Shown here: one piece after another, positions 19,801-29,213 of the stretch | Layout: each line of letters opens with the position of its first letter | Position numbering within the stretch: the first letter of the stretch is position 1 | From: an uncultured bacterium | GTDB taxonomy: Bacteria; DYJV01 | Direction of reading: 5' to 3' | DNA: 37,911 nt | NCBI GenBank assembly: GCA_964543655.1 | Contig: CAZIZE010000055.1 | Span: forward strand, 1-37,911 | Position numbers and translations under genes: made by a program | The notes under the pieces: model-generated | The model's database searches: none | Seen by the model: only the letters and a program-made list of their open reading frames with translations | What the model was told of the DNA's origin: nothing

Positions 19801-19964
19801 ATTTTTTTTTCATTTAATACAGTAGCTTTTATTTTATTGAGATTCTGCTTTTGAAAAGAAAAAATATCAAAATATATCCAAACAGATAGAATAATGGTAA
19901 GTAAAATAGCAATTGAGATAATAAAAGATTTAAAAGGTAGTTTTTTTAAACTGATTTTTTTCAT
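16821..19964 (-). CDS. Hybrid sensor histidine kinase (Cache x2, PAS x2, HisKA, HATPase, REC)
   Basis: TM-Cache-Cache-TM, PAS/PAC, LAGGIAHDFNN H-box, D.G.G, FTTK..GSGLGL, C-terminal receiver. Confidence 0.93.
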   Translation of the reverse strand: MKKISLKKLPFKSFIISIAILLTIILSVWIYFDIFSFQKQNLNKIKATVLNEKKIYLKTIVSSIVNYINYQSNSIEKRLTAQLKEETNKAYNIVSHLYSKYKNSMPKDKLEKLIIESLRPIRYNKGLGYFFAFNSKGLEKLFADRPEFEGKNLLNIKDAKGNSVLKNMIKIAKTKGEGFYTYYWTKPHTNSLEFNYKKKAYIKYFKPLDLILGTGLYYDDIENLVKEIVKNFINQYRFGKNMDNYVFVAKLLKKANKFKLIRLVNPNSKKSTYNKEISLNIQDIKGKFFRKEMLKKCLTKGSGFVIYYYKKLNSNKVSEKLTYVKYYKKWNWIIGAGVYFCDLHKIILKQKNELINLLNKKLIITFFILFIAFWLAFYTFRRHNQKIELELNKLFSILRKKDYNFEPNEFNIKEFSVIAKNLKSFFTKIEEQNEILQAYYNKPHILNFVVNEQGYFDMVNKSFEQITGYLENEAQKMKFFEIIHPDFKELVRERGYKRLKGENMPPEYDIKIITKHGETKWVKLINNHIHLKTKNKNILLGTAIDITEQKELMEKLNEQYNLFKTLIDSLNIPIWIFDVEKNIFTMVNKYFYEYFEIEENIIGKHPQECFSENIYKKSLEGNKIVRETKKKISYENSIKLKKGVRKILVTKSPLFNKEGVVIGIMGISVDLTEKLKMERLKNIESLGVLAGGIAHDFNNILAAIMGNINLLQIYVKEDKPLKILSKLENSVLRAQKLTKKLLTFSKGSFLIKESANIAEIVKEVSEFVTTGTSIKIEYSLEENLPEILIDKEQFSEVIHNIILNARQSMEKSGGNFIYISINRKFINEKSMIGLKTGEYIEITIEDTGEGINYEIMENIFDPYFTTKKDGSGLGLATSYSIIKQHGGIINVESGEKGAKFSIYLPVITEDKEKSLVKKDNNTQEIEKYRNKKFNILVLEDEEDIRNMLKEMINYFGYNVTFAANGEEAIEIFKNGNFDLVITDITIKGGMGGLKAAEKIREYKKDIYIVASTGYTDSNIAENYQKYGFNNILLKPYNIEKLKKIFEN

Positions 19965-20001
19965 TATTATATTTTAGTTTAATTAAGATAAAAAATCAAT
20001 T

Positions 20002-21138
20002 CTAATTTTTTTTATATCTTATTTTCATTCCATTAGAAACATATGGGAGATTTGTAACAATTAATAGGTCGTTATTGTTAAAACTACCTGAAATATAAGC
20101 ATAATTCCTGTTAATTTTAAGAATTTTTACTCTTTTTCTAAAAAGCTTATGATTTTTTGCAATCCAAATTTCATTTTCTCCATGAATGGCGGTAATAGGT
20201 ATTTTAGAAATATTATCAAACATTTTTCCATTTAATTTTACATTAACAAAAGCTCCAATAAAAAGGGGAATTTTATATAGATTTGTATTGTATGGATTTT
20301 TTACAATTGTGTAGATATTTATCATCCTTGTGGCAGGATCAATTATTTTTTCACTTCTATTAACTATACCTTTATATCTGTACACATTGTCATACAATTT
20401 CATAATAACATCTACCTGCTGGTTTTTAAAATCAATAAATTGATAATTGTAATCAGGTATGGGAGTAACAACTTCAACTTTTTCTATGCCTATCAACTTT
20501 GCAAGTAAAGTTCCCTTGGTAACAACTGAGCCTATTCCTACATCTTTTTTATTGGTAATTATTCCTTTAAAAGGGGCTCTTATAATTGTTCTTTTTAATT
20601 TAATTTCAGCAAGCTTTACCTGTGCTTTTGCTGAATTTAGCTCTGCTTTTGCTGCATTGAGCTGAGGGGTATAGAGTCTGAGAGGAGAAGGTTTTTTTAA
20701 ATTGAATTTTTTTTTACTATTCTCCCATTCTGATACTGCTCTATTTGCTTCTTCTTTTACTTTAGCAAAATGTAAGACAGCTTGAGATAGTAGAAATTTT
20801 GCTTTTTCAAAAGCTGCTCTATAATCTGCATCATCTATTTTTATTAAAATTTCATTTTTTCTAACAATTTTACCATTAAAAAAATTTTCAGAAACATAAA
20901 TAATTTTACCGCTAACCTGAGGTTGAATTAATGTCGTTTTAAATGGCTTAACATTTCCAGTAGCATCTATTGATATTGGCTGTTTGAATTTTTGAATTCT
21001 AATTATTTCCACAAGTGGTGGTAAAATTTTAACCTGTTTTTTTCTTGTTTTAACTTTATGATTTAGAAGAAATTGAAAGGTTAAAAATCCTATTAATAAA
21101 ATAAAAATTGTTGCGAAAATTTTTATCCATTTCATCAT
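20002..21138 (-). CDS. RND efflux periplasmic adaptor (MFP)
   Basis: N-terminal TM, PQVSGKI lipoyl half, helical hairpin, RT.IRAPF.G, IDPATR. Confidence 0.9.
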   Translation of the reverse strand: MMKWIKIFATIFILLIGFLTFQFLLNHKVKTRKKQVKILPPLVEIIRIQKFKQPISIDATGNVKPFKTTLIQPQVSGKIIYVSENFFNGKIVRKNEILIKIDDADYRAAFEKAKFLLSQAVLHFAKVKEEANRAVSEWENSKKKFNLKKPSPLRLYTPQLNAAKAELNSAKAQVKLAEIKLKRTIIRAPFKGIITNKKDVGIGSVVTKGTLLAKLIGIEKVEVVTPIPDYNYQFIDFKNQQVDVIMKLYDNVYRYKGIVNRSEKIIDPATRMINIYTIVKNPYNTNLYKIPLFIGAFVNVKLNGKMFDNISKIPITAIHGENEIWIAKNHKLFRKRVKILKINRNYAYISGSFNNNDLLIVTNLPYVSNGMKIRYKKN

Positions 21139-22514
21139 TAATATCCTAACTCTTTTAATGTTTTTATGTATTGTTGAATTATTTCAAATTTATTTTCTAT
21201 GATTTTTAATTGTACATTTAAAATATCATTCTTGCAATTAATCATTTCTATTAAACTTGAAATTCCATGTTTATAATCGCTTTTTTTTAAATAAAAAATT
21301 TTTTTGTAATCATTAAGTTCAGAAATTAGGTTTTTATATTTCTCCTTTAATTTTTTAAAATTTATTAGAGCTATTTCAACATCTTTACAGACTTCTAATA
21401 CCTTTCTATAATATTCAAGTTTTAATTGTTTTAGCTTTTCCTTTTCCAGCCTAACTTTTGCATTTTTAGCACCAAAATCAAAAACTGTCATAAAAATATT
21501 TGTTACCCATGAATAGAGAGAAGAAGAATTTCTAATCAAGTCAGATAAGTTTTTATTTTCAAAACCATATTGTCCTGTTAATTTAAATGATGGGAAAATA
21601 TTAGCTTTGGCATAATTAACAATATTTGCCTCTGCAAAAATCTTTTCAATGGCAACTTTCACGTCTGGCCGTCTTTTTAAAACATCAGATGGAAGATTTG
21701 AAGGAATTTTTAAATTATTAATATCTACTTTGTTTTCTACTATTTTAAAATTATTTGAAACTGAATTGTGTACTAAAAAGTTTAGCAAATATTTATCATT
21801 ATTTACAATTGCCTGGAGCAATGGAATAGAGGATTTTATCTCAGCTATTTTTGCATTAATTTGATAAATTGTATTAACATTGATCAGGCCTTTTTCATAT
21901 CTATTTTTTAATATTTTTCTTTCAAAGTTTAATAAGGATAAAATATTTTTTAATATTTTTAATTTAGCTCTGTTTTTTAAAATTCTGAAATAGAGAATTG
22001 CAATATTTGATGCAACTGTTTTTTTTACTATTTCAAAAGAATATTTTTGCAGTAAAAAGAGATGCTTTGAATTTTCAGAAAGATTTTTTAGTTTTCCCCA
22101 GAAATCAATTTCATAACTTGCCAGGAGATTTCCATTGTAAAGCCGTGTTTCTATTGTTTTGGGAATAAAAGGAGGCAAATTGTGAAGATGCTGTTTGCTC
22201 TTGCTCCTGCCTGCGTTTATTGAAATATCTGGGAAAAGCAAAGATTCTTTCTCAATAATATATTCTTTTGCTTGATTTATTTTTGTTAATGCTATTTTTA
22301 TATTGTAATTGTTTTTTAATCCCTGAGTGATTAATTCATTTAACTCACGGTTATTCAAATATTCCCACCAATTTTTCTCAAATGTTAAGTTATAATTAAG
22401 CATATTTTTAAAATGTTGGGGATAAATATTTTTTAGATGAATATTTGGCTTTTTTCCACATGAAAAGAGGAAAGGAAGAAATATTGAAATTAAGAAAAAA
22501 ATTTTTAGTTTCAT
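21138..22514 (-). CDS. Outer-membrane efflux lipoprotein (OprM/TolC family)
   Basis: Lipobox LFSC, WW....L..LI...L.NN, YEIDFWGK, LPSD.L.RRPDV. Confidence 0.9.
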   Translation of the reverse strand: MKLKIFFLISIFLPFLFSCGKKPNIHLKNIYPQHFKNMLNYNLTFEKNWWEYLNNRELNELITQGLKNNYNIKIALTKINQAKEYIIEKESLLFPDISINAGRSKSKQHLHNLPPFIPKTIETRLYNGNLLASYEIDFWGKLKNLSENSKHLFLLQKYSFEIVKKTVASNIAILYFRILKNRAKLKILKNILSLLNFERKILKNRYEKGLINVNTIYQINAKIAEIKSSIPLLQAIVNNDKYLLNFLVHNSVSNNFKIVENKVDINNLKIPSNLPSDVLKRRPDVKVAIEKIFAEANIVNYAKANIFPSFKLTGQYGFENKNLSDLIRNSSSLYSWVTNIFMTVFDFGAKNAKVRLEKEKLKQLKLEYYRKVLEVCKDVEIALINFKKLKEKYKNLISELNDYKKIFYLKKSDYKHGISSLIEMINCKNDILNVQLKIIENKFEIIQQYIKTLKELGY

Positions 22515-22518
22515 AATA

Positions 22519-25500
22519 TTAGAAAATTCTCCTTAAATCTTCTAAAATTTGATAAATTACAGGAATTAAAATAAGTGTAATAAATGTTGCAAACATTACT
22601 CCAAAGCCAAGGCTAATAGCCATTGGAATTAAAAATTTTGCCTGAAGACTCTTTTCTGTTATCATTGGCAATAAGCCAGCAAATGTAGTAATGGATGTAA
22701 GAATTATAGGCCTAAATCTTGTTCGGGCTACTTTTAATATCCTATTGTGAATATCTGGCTCACTATCTCTATTTATAGAAACAACCATAACCAGAGAATC
22801 ATTCACAACAACTCCAGCAAGAGCTACAATGCCTAAAATACTCATAATAGATAGAGGATAGCCCATTACTATATGCCCAATAATAGCACCTATAAGTCCA
22901 AAAGGTATTACACTCATAATTATAAAGGGTTGGAGATAAGATTTGAAAGGAATTGCAAGTAGAAGAAAAATTAGAAACATTCCAATAAGGGAGCCGATTT
23001 TCAGGGATGAGATAGTATCCATCTCTTCTCTTTTTTGGCCTTCAAATGTAAAATTTATATCAGGAAACATTTCTTTAAGCTTTGGAAGAAAATTTTCCTT
23101 TAAATCTTTTAAAATTTTATCAGGTGAATTTAAAGATTCATCAACATCAGAAATAACCTTAATTACACGTTTCCTGTTTTCCCTGTCAATTTCTGAGTAA
23201 CCATGAGTATATTGAATTTCAGCAACTTCATAAAGTGGCACTTCTCTGCCATTTGGGGTGTGGATTCTTAAATTTTCAAGGTAAAAAATATTTTTCCTTT
23301 CACTTCTGGTGAGTCTAACCATTACCCTGACATCATCTTTCTTTCTCTGAACTCTAAGAGCCTGTGCACCATAAAATGCTGCCCTTATTTCTTTACCAAG
23401 CATCGCAGGGGTTATACCAAGCATTGCACCTCTTGGTAGTAATTTAATTCTTAATTCCATTTTACCCTCTGATAGAGTATCTGAAATATCAAATGTCCCT
23501 GGATATTTTCTTATTTCATTTTTTAATAAATTAGCTGCTTCTCTAAGAGTATTTTCATTGTTTGATACAAGGTTTATCTCTATTGCATTTCCTGCTGAAA
23601 AAAGTGTGGCATTAAAAGTTAGTGATTTTATTCCAGGTAAATCTCCAACAAGTTTTCGCCATTGCTTTGCAACCTCTTTTGTTGAAATTTTTCTTTTTTC
23701 AGAGCTTTTTAATTCAATAACAACTTCACCAATATTAGAGCCTAATAAAGCACTTGTAAACATTGAGCCGCCATGTTTTAAAATTTTGGTATTAGGCTGT
23801 GCTCCGGCAATTGAATTAATATGCTTAATTAAATGGTATTTAGCATATCTATTTTTTAAAATTTCTGCCTTTTTTTCAATGTATTTTATAATTTTTTCTG
23901 TTTTTTCAATTGATGTACCTTCAGGCATGGTAAGTGAAGCAACAATTACATCTGACTCTACTTTTGGAAAAAATATGAAGTTAATTCTATTGGAAAGATA
24001 TAAACCAATGGTGATTGTTAATATAGCAATCATAAAAGCAAAAGTTGGATATTTCCATTTTAATGCAAAATCAAGTGTAGGAATATAAATTTTTTCAATA
24101 AATATTTTTAGAAATTTGTTGGAGAGATTTGAAAGGTAAGTGTAAAACCTTTTCTTATTATTTTTTATTGTTGAAAGATGTACAGGTAATATAAAAAACG
24201 CTTCAAACAAAGACAATGAAAGGATAGATATAGTAACAATAGGAATTGTTACCAAAAATTTTCCCATTATTCCTTTTACAAAGAAAAGAGGGATAAAAGC
24301 AGCAATTGTTGTGGAAACTGAAAAAAACACAGGAGTAAGCATTCTAACAGTGCCTTTTACTGATGCTTCAAAAGAAGTTAATCCCTGCTCCATATATTGA
24401 AAAATTTGCTCACCAACTACAATTGCATCATCAACAACAATACCAAGGCAGAGAATAAATGCAAACAGGGAAATCATATTAATAGAAATGTCAAAATATT
24501 TCATCAAAATAAAACCACCAAGAAAAGATACAGCAATCCCTGAGCCTACCCAGAGAGCTAATCTCAAATCAAGAAAAAGTGACAGGAGTAAAAGAACGAG
24601 AATCAGTCCATATTTTGCATTTTTTATTAAAAGATTTATTCGGCCCTTTAGATAGATTGAATCATCTTGCCATATATCTGCTTTAATATTTGCTGGTAAA
24701 GATGGTTTTAGTCTGTGATAAAGATAATCCTTAACTGCTCTTGCTATTGTAAGTGCAGATTGATCTCCTGTTCTGTAAACTGCAACAAAAATAGCAGGTT
24801 TGCCATCAAATCTGTTAATAAAATCTATATCTTCAAAATTATCTTTTATATTAGCAATATCACCAAGTGTAAGGTAAGAGCCATTATTTTTCTTAATAAT
24901 AGGAATCTTTTCATAATCATGTTTGCTATATTTTAACTCCTTTGTTCTCACGACTATTTCATTTGAAGTTGTTTTAATGGTTCCACCAGGAATATCAATA
25001 CTAAATTCTTTTACAATATTTGCAATTATAGGCAATGAAAGATGATATTTTCTCAATGTGTCCTCATTCAATTCAATGCTTATTTCATAAGGCTTATTTC
25101 CCATAACTTCTGCAAGGGTAATATCCTTTCTGCTGGTGAGTTCATCTTTTACTTTTTCAGCAAGACGGGTAAGACTTTTTTCATCACTGTTTCCATAAAT
25201 AGCAATGTTTAGCACCTGTTTTTTGTTACTTAAAAATTTTATAACAGGTTTTTCAGCATCAACTGGAAAGGTATTAATTGAATCTATTTCATTTTTAATA
25301 TCATTGTAAGTTTTCACCTTATCAGCATTGGTATCAAGTGTTATAAAGACTTTGCCCATTCCTTCAAGTGCAATTGATTTAATCTTTTTTATACCTTCAA
25401 GTCCAGCTATATGCTCCTCTATTTTAACGCAGATACTTTCTTCGACATCTTTGGGGCTTGCACCTCTATAAACAACATCAACCTCTATTACATCAAGGTT

Positions 25501-25623
25501 AAACTCTGGCATTATCTCTTTTCTAATAGTTGTTGCATAGAAAAGACCGATAATTATAATGAAAATCATAAGAAGATTGGCTGTAACATGATTGTCAATC
25601 CACCAGGTGATTATTGATTTCAA
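22519..25623 (-). CDS. RND efflux permease (AcrB/AcrD/AcrF family)
   Basis: ANLLM, GIVVDDAIVVGE, RFRPIILTSITT, two large periplasmic loops. TTG at 25623 has an AAGGA SD, whereas 25647 has none. Confidence 0.94.
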   Translation of the reverse strand: MKSIITWWIDNHVTANLLMIFIIIIGLFYATTIRKEIMPEFNLDVIEVDVVYRGASPKDVEESICVKIEEHIAGLEGIKKIKSIALEGMGKVFITLDTNADKVKTYNDIKNEIDSINTFPVDAEKPVIKFLSNKKQVLNIAIYGNSDEKSLTRLAEKVKDELTSRKDITLAEVMGNKPYEISIELNEDTLRKYHLSLPIIANIVKEFSIDIPGGTIKTTSNEIVVRTKELKYSKHDYEKIPIIKKNNGSYLTLGDIANIKDNFEDIDFINRFDGKPAIFVAVYRTGDQSALTIARAVKDYLYHRLKPSLPANIKADIWQDDSIYLKGRINLLIKNAKYGLILVLLLLSLFLDLRLALWVGSGIAVSFLGGFILMKYFDISINMISLFAFILCLGIVVDDAIVVGEQIFQYMEQGLTSFEASVKGTVRMLTPVFFSVSTTIAAFIPLFFVKGIMGKFLVTIPIVTISILSLSLFEAFFILPVHLSTIKNNKKRFYTYLSNLSNKFLKIFIEKIYIPTLDFALKWKYPTFAFMIAILTITIGLYLSNRINFIFFPKVESDVIVASLTMPEGTSIEKTEKIIKYIEKKAEILKNRYAKYHLIKHINSIAGAQPNTKILKHGGSMFTSALLGSNIGEVVIELKSSEKRKISTKEVAKQWRKLVGDLPGIKSLTFNATLFSAGNAIEINLVSNNENTLREAANLLKNEIRKYPGTFDISDTLSEGKMELRIKLLPRGAMLGITPAMLGKEIRAAFYGAQALRVQRKKDDVRVMVRLTRSERKNIFYLENLRIHTPNGREVPLYEVAEIQYTHGYSEIDRENRKRVIKVISDVDESLNSPDKILKDLKENFLPKLKEMFPDINFTFEGQKREEMDTISSLKIGSLIGMFLIFLLLAIPFKSYLQPFIIMSVIPFGLIGAIIGHIVMGYPLSIMSILGIVALAGVVVNDSLVMVVSINRDSEPDIHNRILKVARTRFRPIILTSITTFAGLLPMITEKSLQAKFLIPMAISLGFGVMFATFITLILIPVIYQILEDLRRIF

Positions 25624-25668
25624 AATATTTCCTTTTTTAGAAAGCAAGTTGTAAGAGTTAGTTTGAAG

Positions 25669-27912
25669 TTAGTTATTATTTAAAACCTTTTTTATTTCAG
25701 ATATTAAATTTTCAAATTTAAATGGCTTTGTAATACTCCCTTTAAAACCATATTTTTTAAAATTAGCTATTACATAATCATTGGAATAACCACTTGCAAG
25801 AATAATTTTTGCACTGCTATTAATTTTTAGAATTCTATAGGCAATCTCTCTGCCATCTATATCTCCTGGAATTGTTAAATCTAAAATAACTATATGAAAT
25901 TCTCCATTTTTAAACTTTTCAATTGCTTCTTTGCTATTTGATGCTGTCTCAACATAAAAACCAACTGATTCTAACATCTCTTTTATTATATTTCTAACAA
26001 GTTCTTCATCATCAACAATTAAAATTTTAATATTTTTAAATTCATTTCTGATTTCTATTTCATTACTTTGGCTTTGCTCCATGCTCTTTTCTTCTTTTTC
26101 TGCTGGCAAAAATATTTCAAAAACAGTTCCTTTTCCAGGTTCAGACTGAACAGAAATAAAACCATTGTGCCTTTTTACTATGCTATAAACAATTGATAAA
26201 CCAAGGCCACTTCCAATCTGTTTAGTTGAAAAGAAGGGATCAAATATTTTATCAATATATTTTTCAGGAATACCTTTTCCTTCATCTTTAAAAGTAATTT
26301 TTATAAAATTATCTTTTATTCCTATTTCTGGAATTTCAAAATTTTCAAGATTTTCTGCAAAAATGTAAATATTACCACCATCTGGCATTGATTCTTTTGA
26401 ATTTATTGTAAGATTTGATATTACTTGGCTAATTTGCTCTTTATCAGCTTTAATATGCCATAAATTTTCAGGAAAATAAAAATGCGCTTTAACTTTGCTC
26501 CCTGATAGGTCAAATGTAACTACATTTTTAATAATAGATTTTAAATCAACAACTTCTAATAAAGGTTCACCACCTTTTGCAAAAGTGAGTAGCTGCTTTG
26601 TTAGATTTTTTGCTCTGTCAATTGAATTATAGGCTTTTTCGATAAATTTGTAAGCTGGGTTGCTTTTTTCAAGCTTTAATTTGGCAATTTCAAGATTTCC
26701 AAAAATACCTGTTAAAATATTATTAAAATCGTGCGCTATTCCACCAGCAAGTACCCCAAGTGATTCCAGTTTTTTTAATTTAACCACTTCTTTTTCTGAA
26801 TTTACCTTTTCTGTAATATCTCTAACAAATTCAACTATTCCTGTAATTTTACCTGTTTGTTTATGTTTAATAGGATAGGTATGTAGCTCAAGCCATTGTG
26901 GATGTAAGTCTGTGGGGGGACCTTTTACAATGTTAGATTCTTTTTTCCCTGTTTTCAGACATCTAAGTGATGGGCATGGCTGGCACGGTTCATTTTTTTT
27001 ATGATAAGCTTCATAACATTTTTTTCCAATAAGTGGTAAATTATGATAATACCACTTTTCCATAACTGGATTAACATATCTAATGGTTAAATCATTATTT
27101 AAAACTGATATTCCATCCTGAATACTTTCAAATACAGCTTCAAGAAAATCTTTAGTTTCTTTTAATTCAACCTCTTTTAAATATCTATCAGTAACATCAA
27201 TAAAAACACCAACATTAAAATCTCTATTATCAATTGTGATTTTATTGGTGGAAATATCAGCATAAAAGATTGTTCCATCTTTTTTTAAACAGGGCACATC
27301 TTCTGCTGTGATAATTTCACCTTTTGCCTGTAATTCAAAAATATTTAAAATTTTATCAACTGAATCTTTTGGGTGAATATCAAAAACAGATAATTTCAAC
27401 AATTCTTCTTCTGAGTATCCTAACATCTGGCATATGGTGGGATTTGCAAAATAAAATTCTTTTGTAAAAATATCTGCAACTAAAATCCCAACTTTAAAAT
27501 TGTAAAAGATAGTGTTAAAAAATGCAGCTTTTTCATCTATTAATTTTTCCCGTTTTTTTATCTCTGTTATATCCTTGGCTATTGATACAATATATAAATT
27601 GTTCTTTATAGGAAATTGAAGTATTGATATAATAGCTGTTAATCTTTTGCCAGTTTTAGAGAGAAACTCTGCTTCGTAATTTCTAATTATTTTCTCTGTT
27701 TTTAATTTCTCAAGAAATTGTTTTCTCTGCTCAGGATTTGCCCATACATTTAGTTGAAATGCACTTTTTCCAATAACTTCATCTTTTTTATACTCTAAAA
27801 CTTTACAGAATTCATCATTAACATATATATATTCACCACTTTTTACATTAGATATTGATATTACAACAGGTATATTTTCAAATAATAGGTCAAGGTTAAT
27901 CTTATTCAACAT
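25669..27912 (-). CDS. Cytoplasmic hybrid histidine kinase (PAS x3, HisKA, HATPase, REC)
   Basis: Three PAS/PAC repeats, the third with KC..AY....PC.PCP...C. LAGGIAHDFNN, GSGLGL, receiver with DLTIPG. Confidence 0.93.
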   Translation of the reverse strand: MLNKINLDLLFENIPVVISISNVKSGEYIYVNDEFCKVLEYKKDEVIGKSAFQLNVWANPEQRKQFLEKLKTEKIIRNYEAEFLSKTGKRLTAIISILQFPIKNNLYIVSIAKDITEIKKREKLIDEKAAFFNTIFYNFKVGILVADIFTKEFYFANPTICQMLGYSEEELLKLSVFDIHPKDSVDKILNIFELQAKGEIITAEDVPCLKKDGTIFYADISTNKITIDNRDFNVGVFIDVTDRYLKEVELKETKDFLEAVFESIQDGISVLNNDLTIRYVNPVMEKWYYHNLPLIGKKCYEAYHKKNEPCQPCPSLRCLKTGKKESNIVKGPPTDLHPQWLELHTYPIKHKQTGKITGIVEFVRDITEKVNSEKEVVKLKKLESLGVLAGGIAHDFNNILTGIFGNLEIAKLKLEKSNPAYKFIEKAYNSIDRAKNLTKQLLTFAKGGEPLLEVVDLKSIIKNVVTFDLSGSKVKAHFYFPENLWHIKADKEQISQVISNLTINSKESMPDGGNIYIFAENLENFEIPEIGIKDNFIKITFKDEGKGIPEKYIDKIFDPFFSTKQIGSGLGLSIVYSIVKRHNGFISVQSEPGKGTVFEIFLPAEKEEKSMEQSQSNEIEIRNEFKNIKILIVDDEELVRNIIKEMLESVGFYVETASNSKEAIEKFKNGEFHIVILDLTIPGDIDGREIAYRILKINSSAKIILASGYSNDYVIANFKKYGFKGSITKPFKFENLISEIKKVLNNN

Positions 27913-28055
27913 AATCTGTTATTTACTGTTTTTTACCTTTTTGTCAACAAATAAGTTTAGCTGTTATTAGAAAAGATTTTATTCCTTGAAAAAATTTTAA
28001 ATTTTATTTATTGGTGATAAAATTTTTTTGGGAGAATCTGGGAGAAATAGATTTT

Positions 28056-29192
28056 ATGAAGAAATTTATAGAAAAATTATCAGATATTACAATAGAAAAA
28101 GCAGGCTCTAAAAATAAAGCAGGTTTTTATGAAGGGATTATCAGTTGTATAGTTAATTTTGTTATCTTTATTGTAAAGCTTATTATTGGCCTTTCAATAC
28201 AGAGTATTTCCTTAATTACAGATGCATTCCACTCTCTATCTGATTCAATGTCTTCAATAGTTATTATAGTAGGATTTTATTATTCATCAAAACCTGCTGA
28301 TGAGGAGCATCCTTTTGGTCATGCACGGTCAGAAAATATAGCTTCTCTCATTGTTGCTATAATGTTGTTTATTATTAGTTTTGAATTTTTAAAAGATTCT
28401 GTAATGAGGATAATAAAGCCTGAACATGTTAAGTTTTCAGTTGGATTTATTATTGTAATAATATTTACAATTATTGTAAAGGAACTTTTATCACAATATT
28501 CACTTTATCTTGGTAAAAAGCTTGATTCTATTGCACTTCAAACTGATGCGTATCATCATAAAACAGATGTTTACGCCACATGCCTTGTTATTGTATCAAT
28601 ACTACTCTCTCATTTTGGTATAACAAGAGTTGATGGGATAATTGGTTGTGCAATTTCCCTTTACATTGCTTATATTGCGTATGAAATGGCAAAAAAATCA
28701 ATTGATCCACTACTTGGTGAAAAGCCTTCTGAGGTATTAATTGAGGATATTAAAAAGATAGCAAAATCATTTGAGCATGTAAAAGGTATTCATGATATTA
28801 TAATACATAATTATGGTGATAAACATATTATTTCATTTCATATAGAAGTTCCTGATTCATTAAGTCCGTGTAAGATTCATGATATAGCAGATGAAGTTGA
28901 GAAGAAGATAAATCATCTTTACAATGCTACCTGTGTTATTCATCAGGATCCAATAAACACAAGCCATCCATATTACAAAAAGGTTAAGGAATTAATTGAT
29001 AATTTAATTGGTGAAGAATCATACCATGATTTAAAACTTATTGGAACTGAAAAAAAATTTAATGTAATATTTGATTTAAATGAAAGGTATGATAATAGGA
29101 AAATAAAAGAGATTAAAAGTAAGCTTAAAAATCAAGTAGAGGGGATAGATAGTGTTATAATTAAAATAGAACCTGAGTATGTTTATTCTTAA
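28056..29192 (+). CDS. Cation diffusion facilitator (FieF-like) with extended C-terminal domain
   Basis: DAFHSLSD, PADEEHPFGH.R.E, DAYHHKTD, ZT_dimer region. Start set at ATG 28056. Confidence 0.92.
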   Translation: MKKFIEKLSDITIEKAGSKNKAGFYEGIISCIVNFVIFIVKLIIGLSIQSISLITDAFHSLSDSMSSIVIIVGFYYSSKPADEEHPFGHARSENIASLIVAIMLFIISFEFLKDSVMRIIKPEHVKFSVGFIIVIIFTIIVKELLSQYSLYLGKKLDSIALQTDAYHHKTDVYATCLVIVSILLSHFGITRVDGIIGCAISLYIAYIAYEMAKKSIDPLLGEKPSEVLIEDIKKIAKSFEHVKGIHDIIIHNYGDKHIISFHIEVPDSLSPCKIHDIADEVEKKINHLYNATCVIHQDPINTSHPYYKKVKELIDNLIGEESYHDLKLIGTEKKFNVIFDLNERYDNRKIKEIKSKLKNQVEGIDSVIIKIEPEYVYS

Positions 29193-29213
29193 AATAAAAT
29201 CACGGGGGATGAT

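Noticed and set aside
23558-24088. 176-aa antisense ORF and other shadow ORFs (e.g. 602-820, 10445-10813, 22943-23200, 31506-31763)
   Set aside because: They lie within well-supported genes and show no recognisable motifs, as expected from codon-bias shadows.
28029-28046. Tandem TGGGAGAA repeat upstream of the CDF gene
   Set aside because: Two short copies overlapping the SD region, most simply an RBS duplication or chance.
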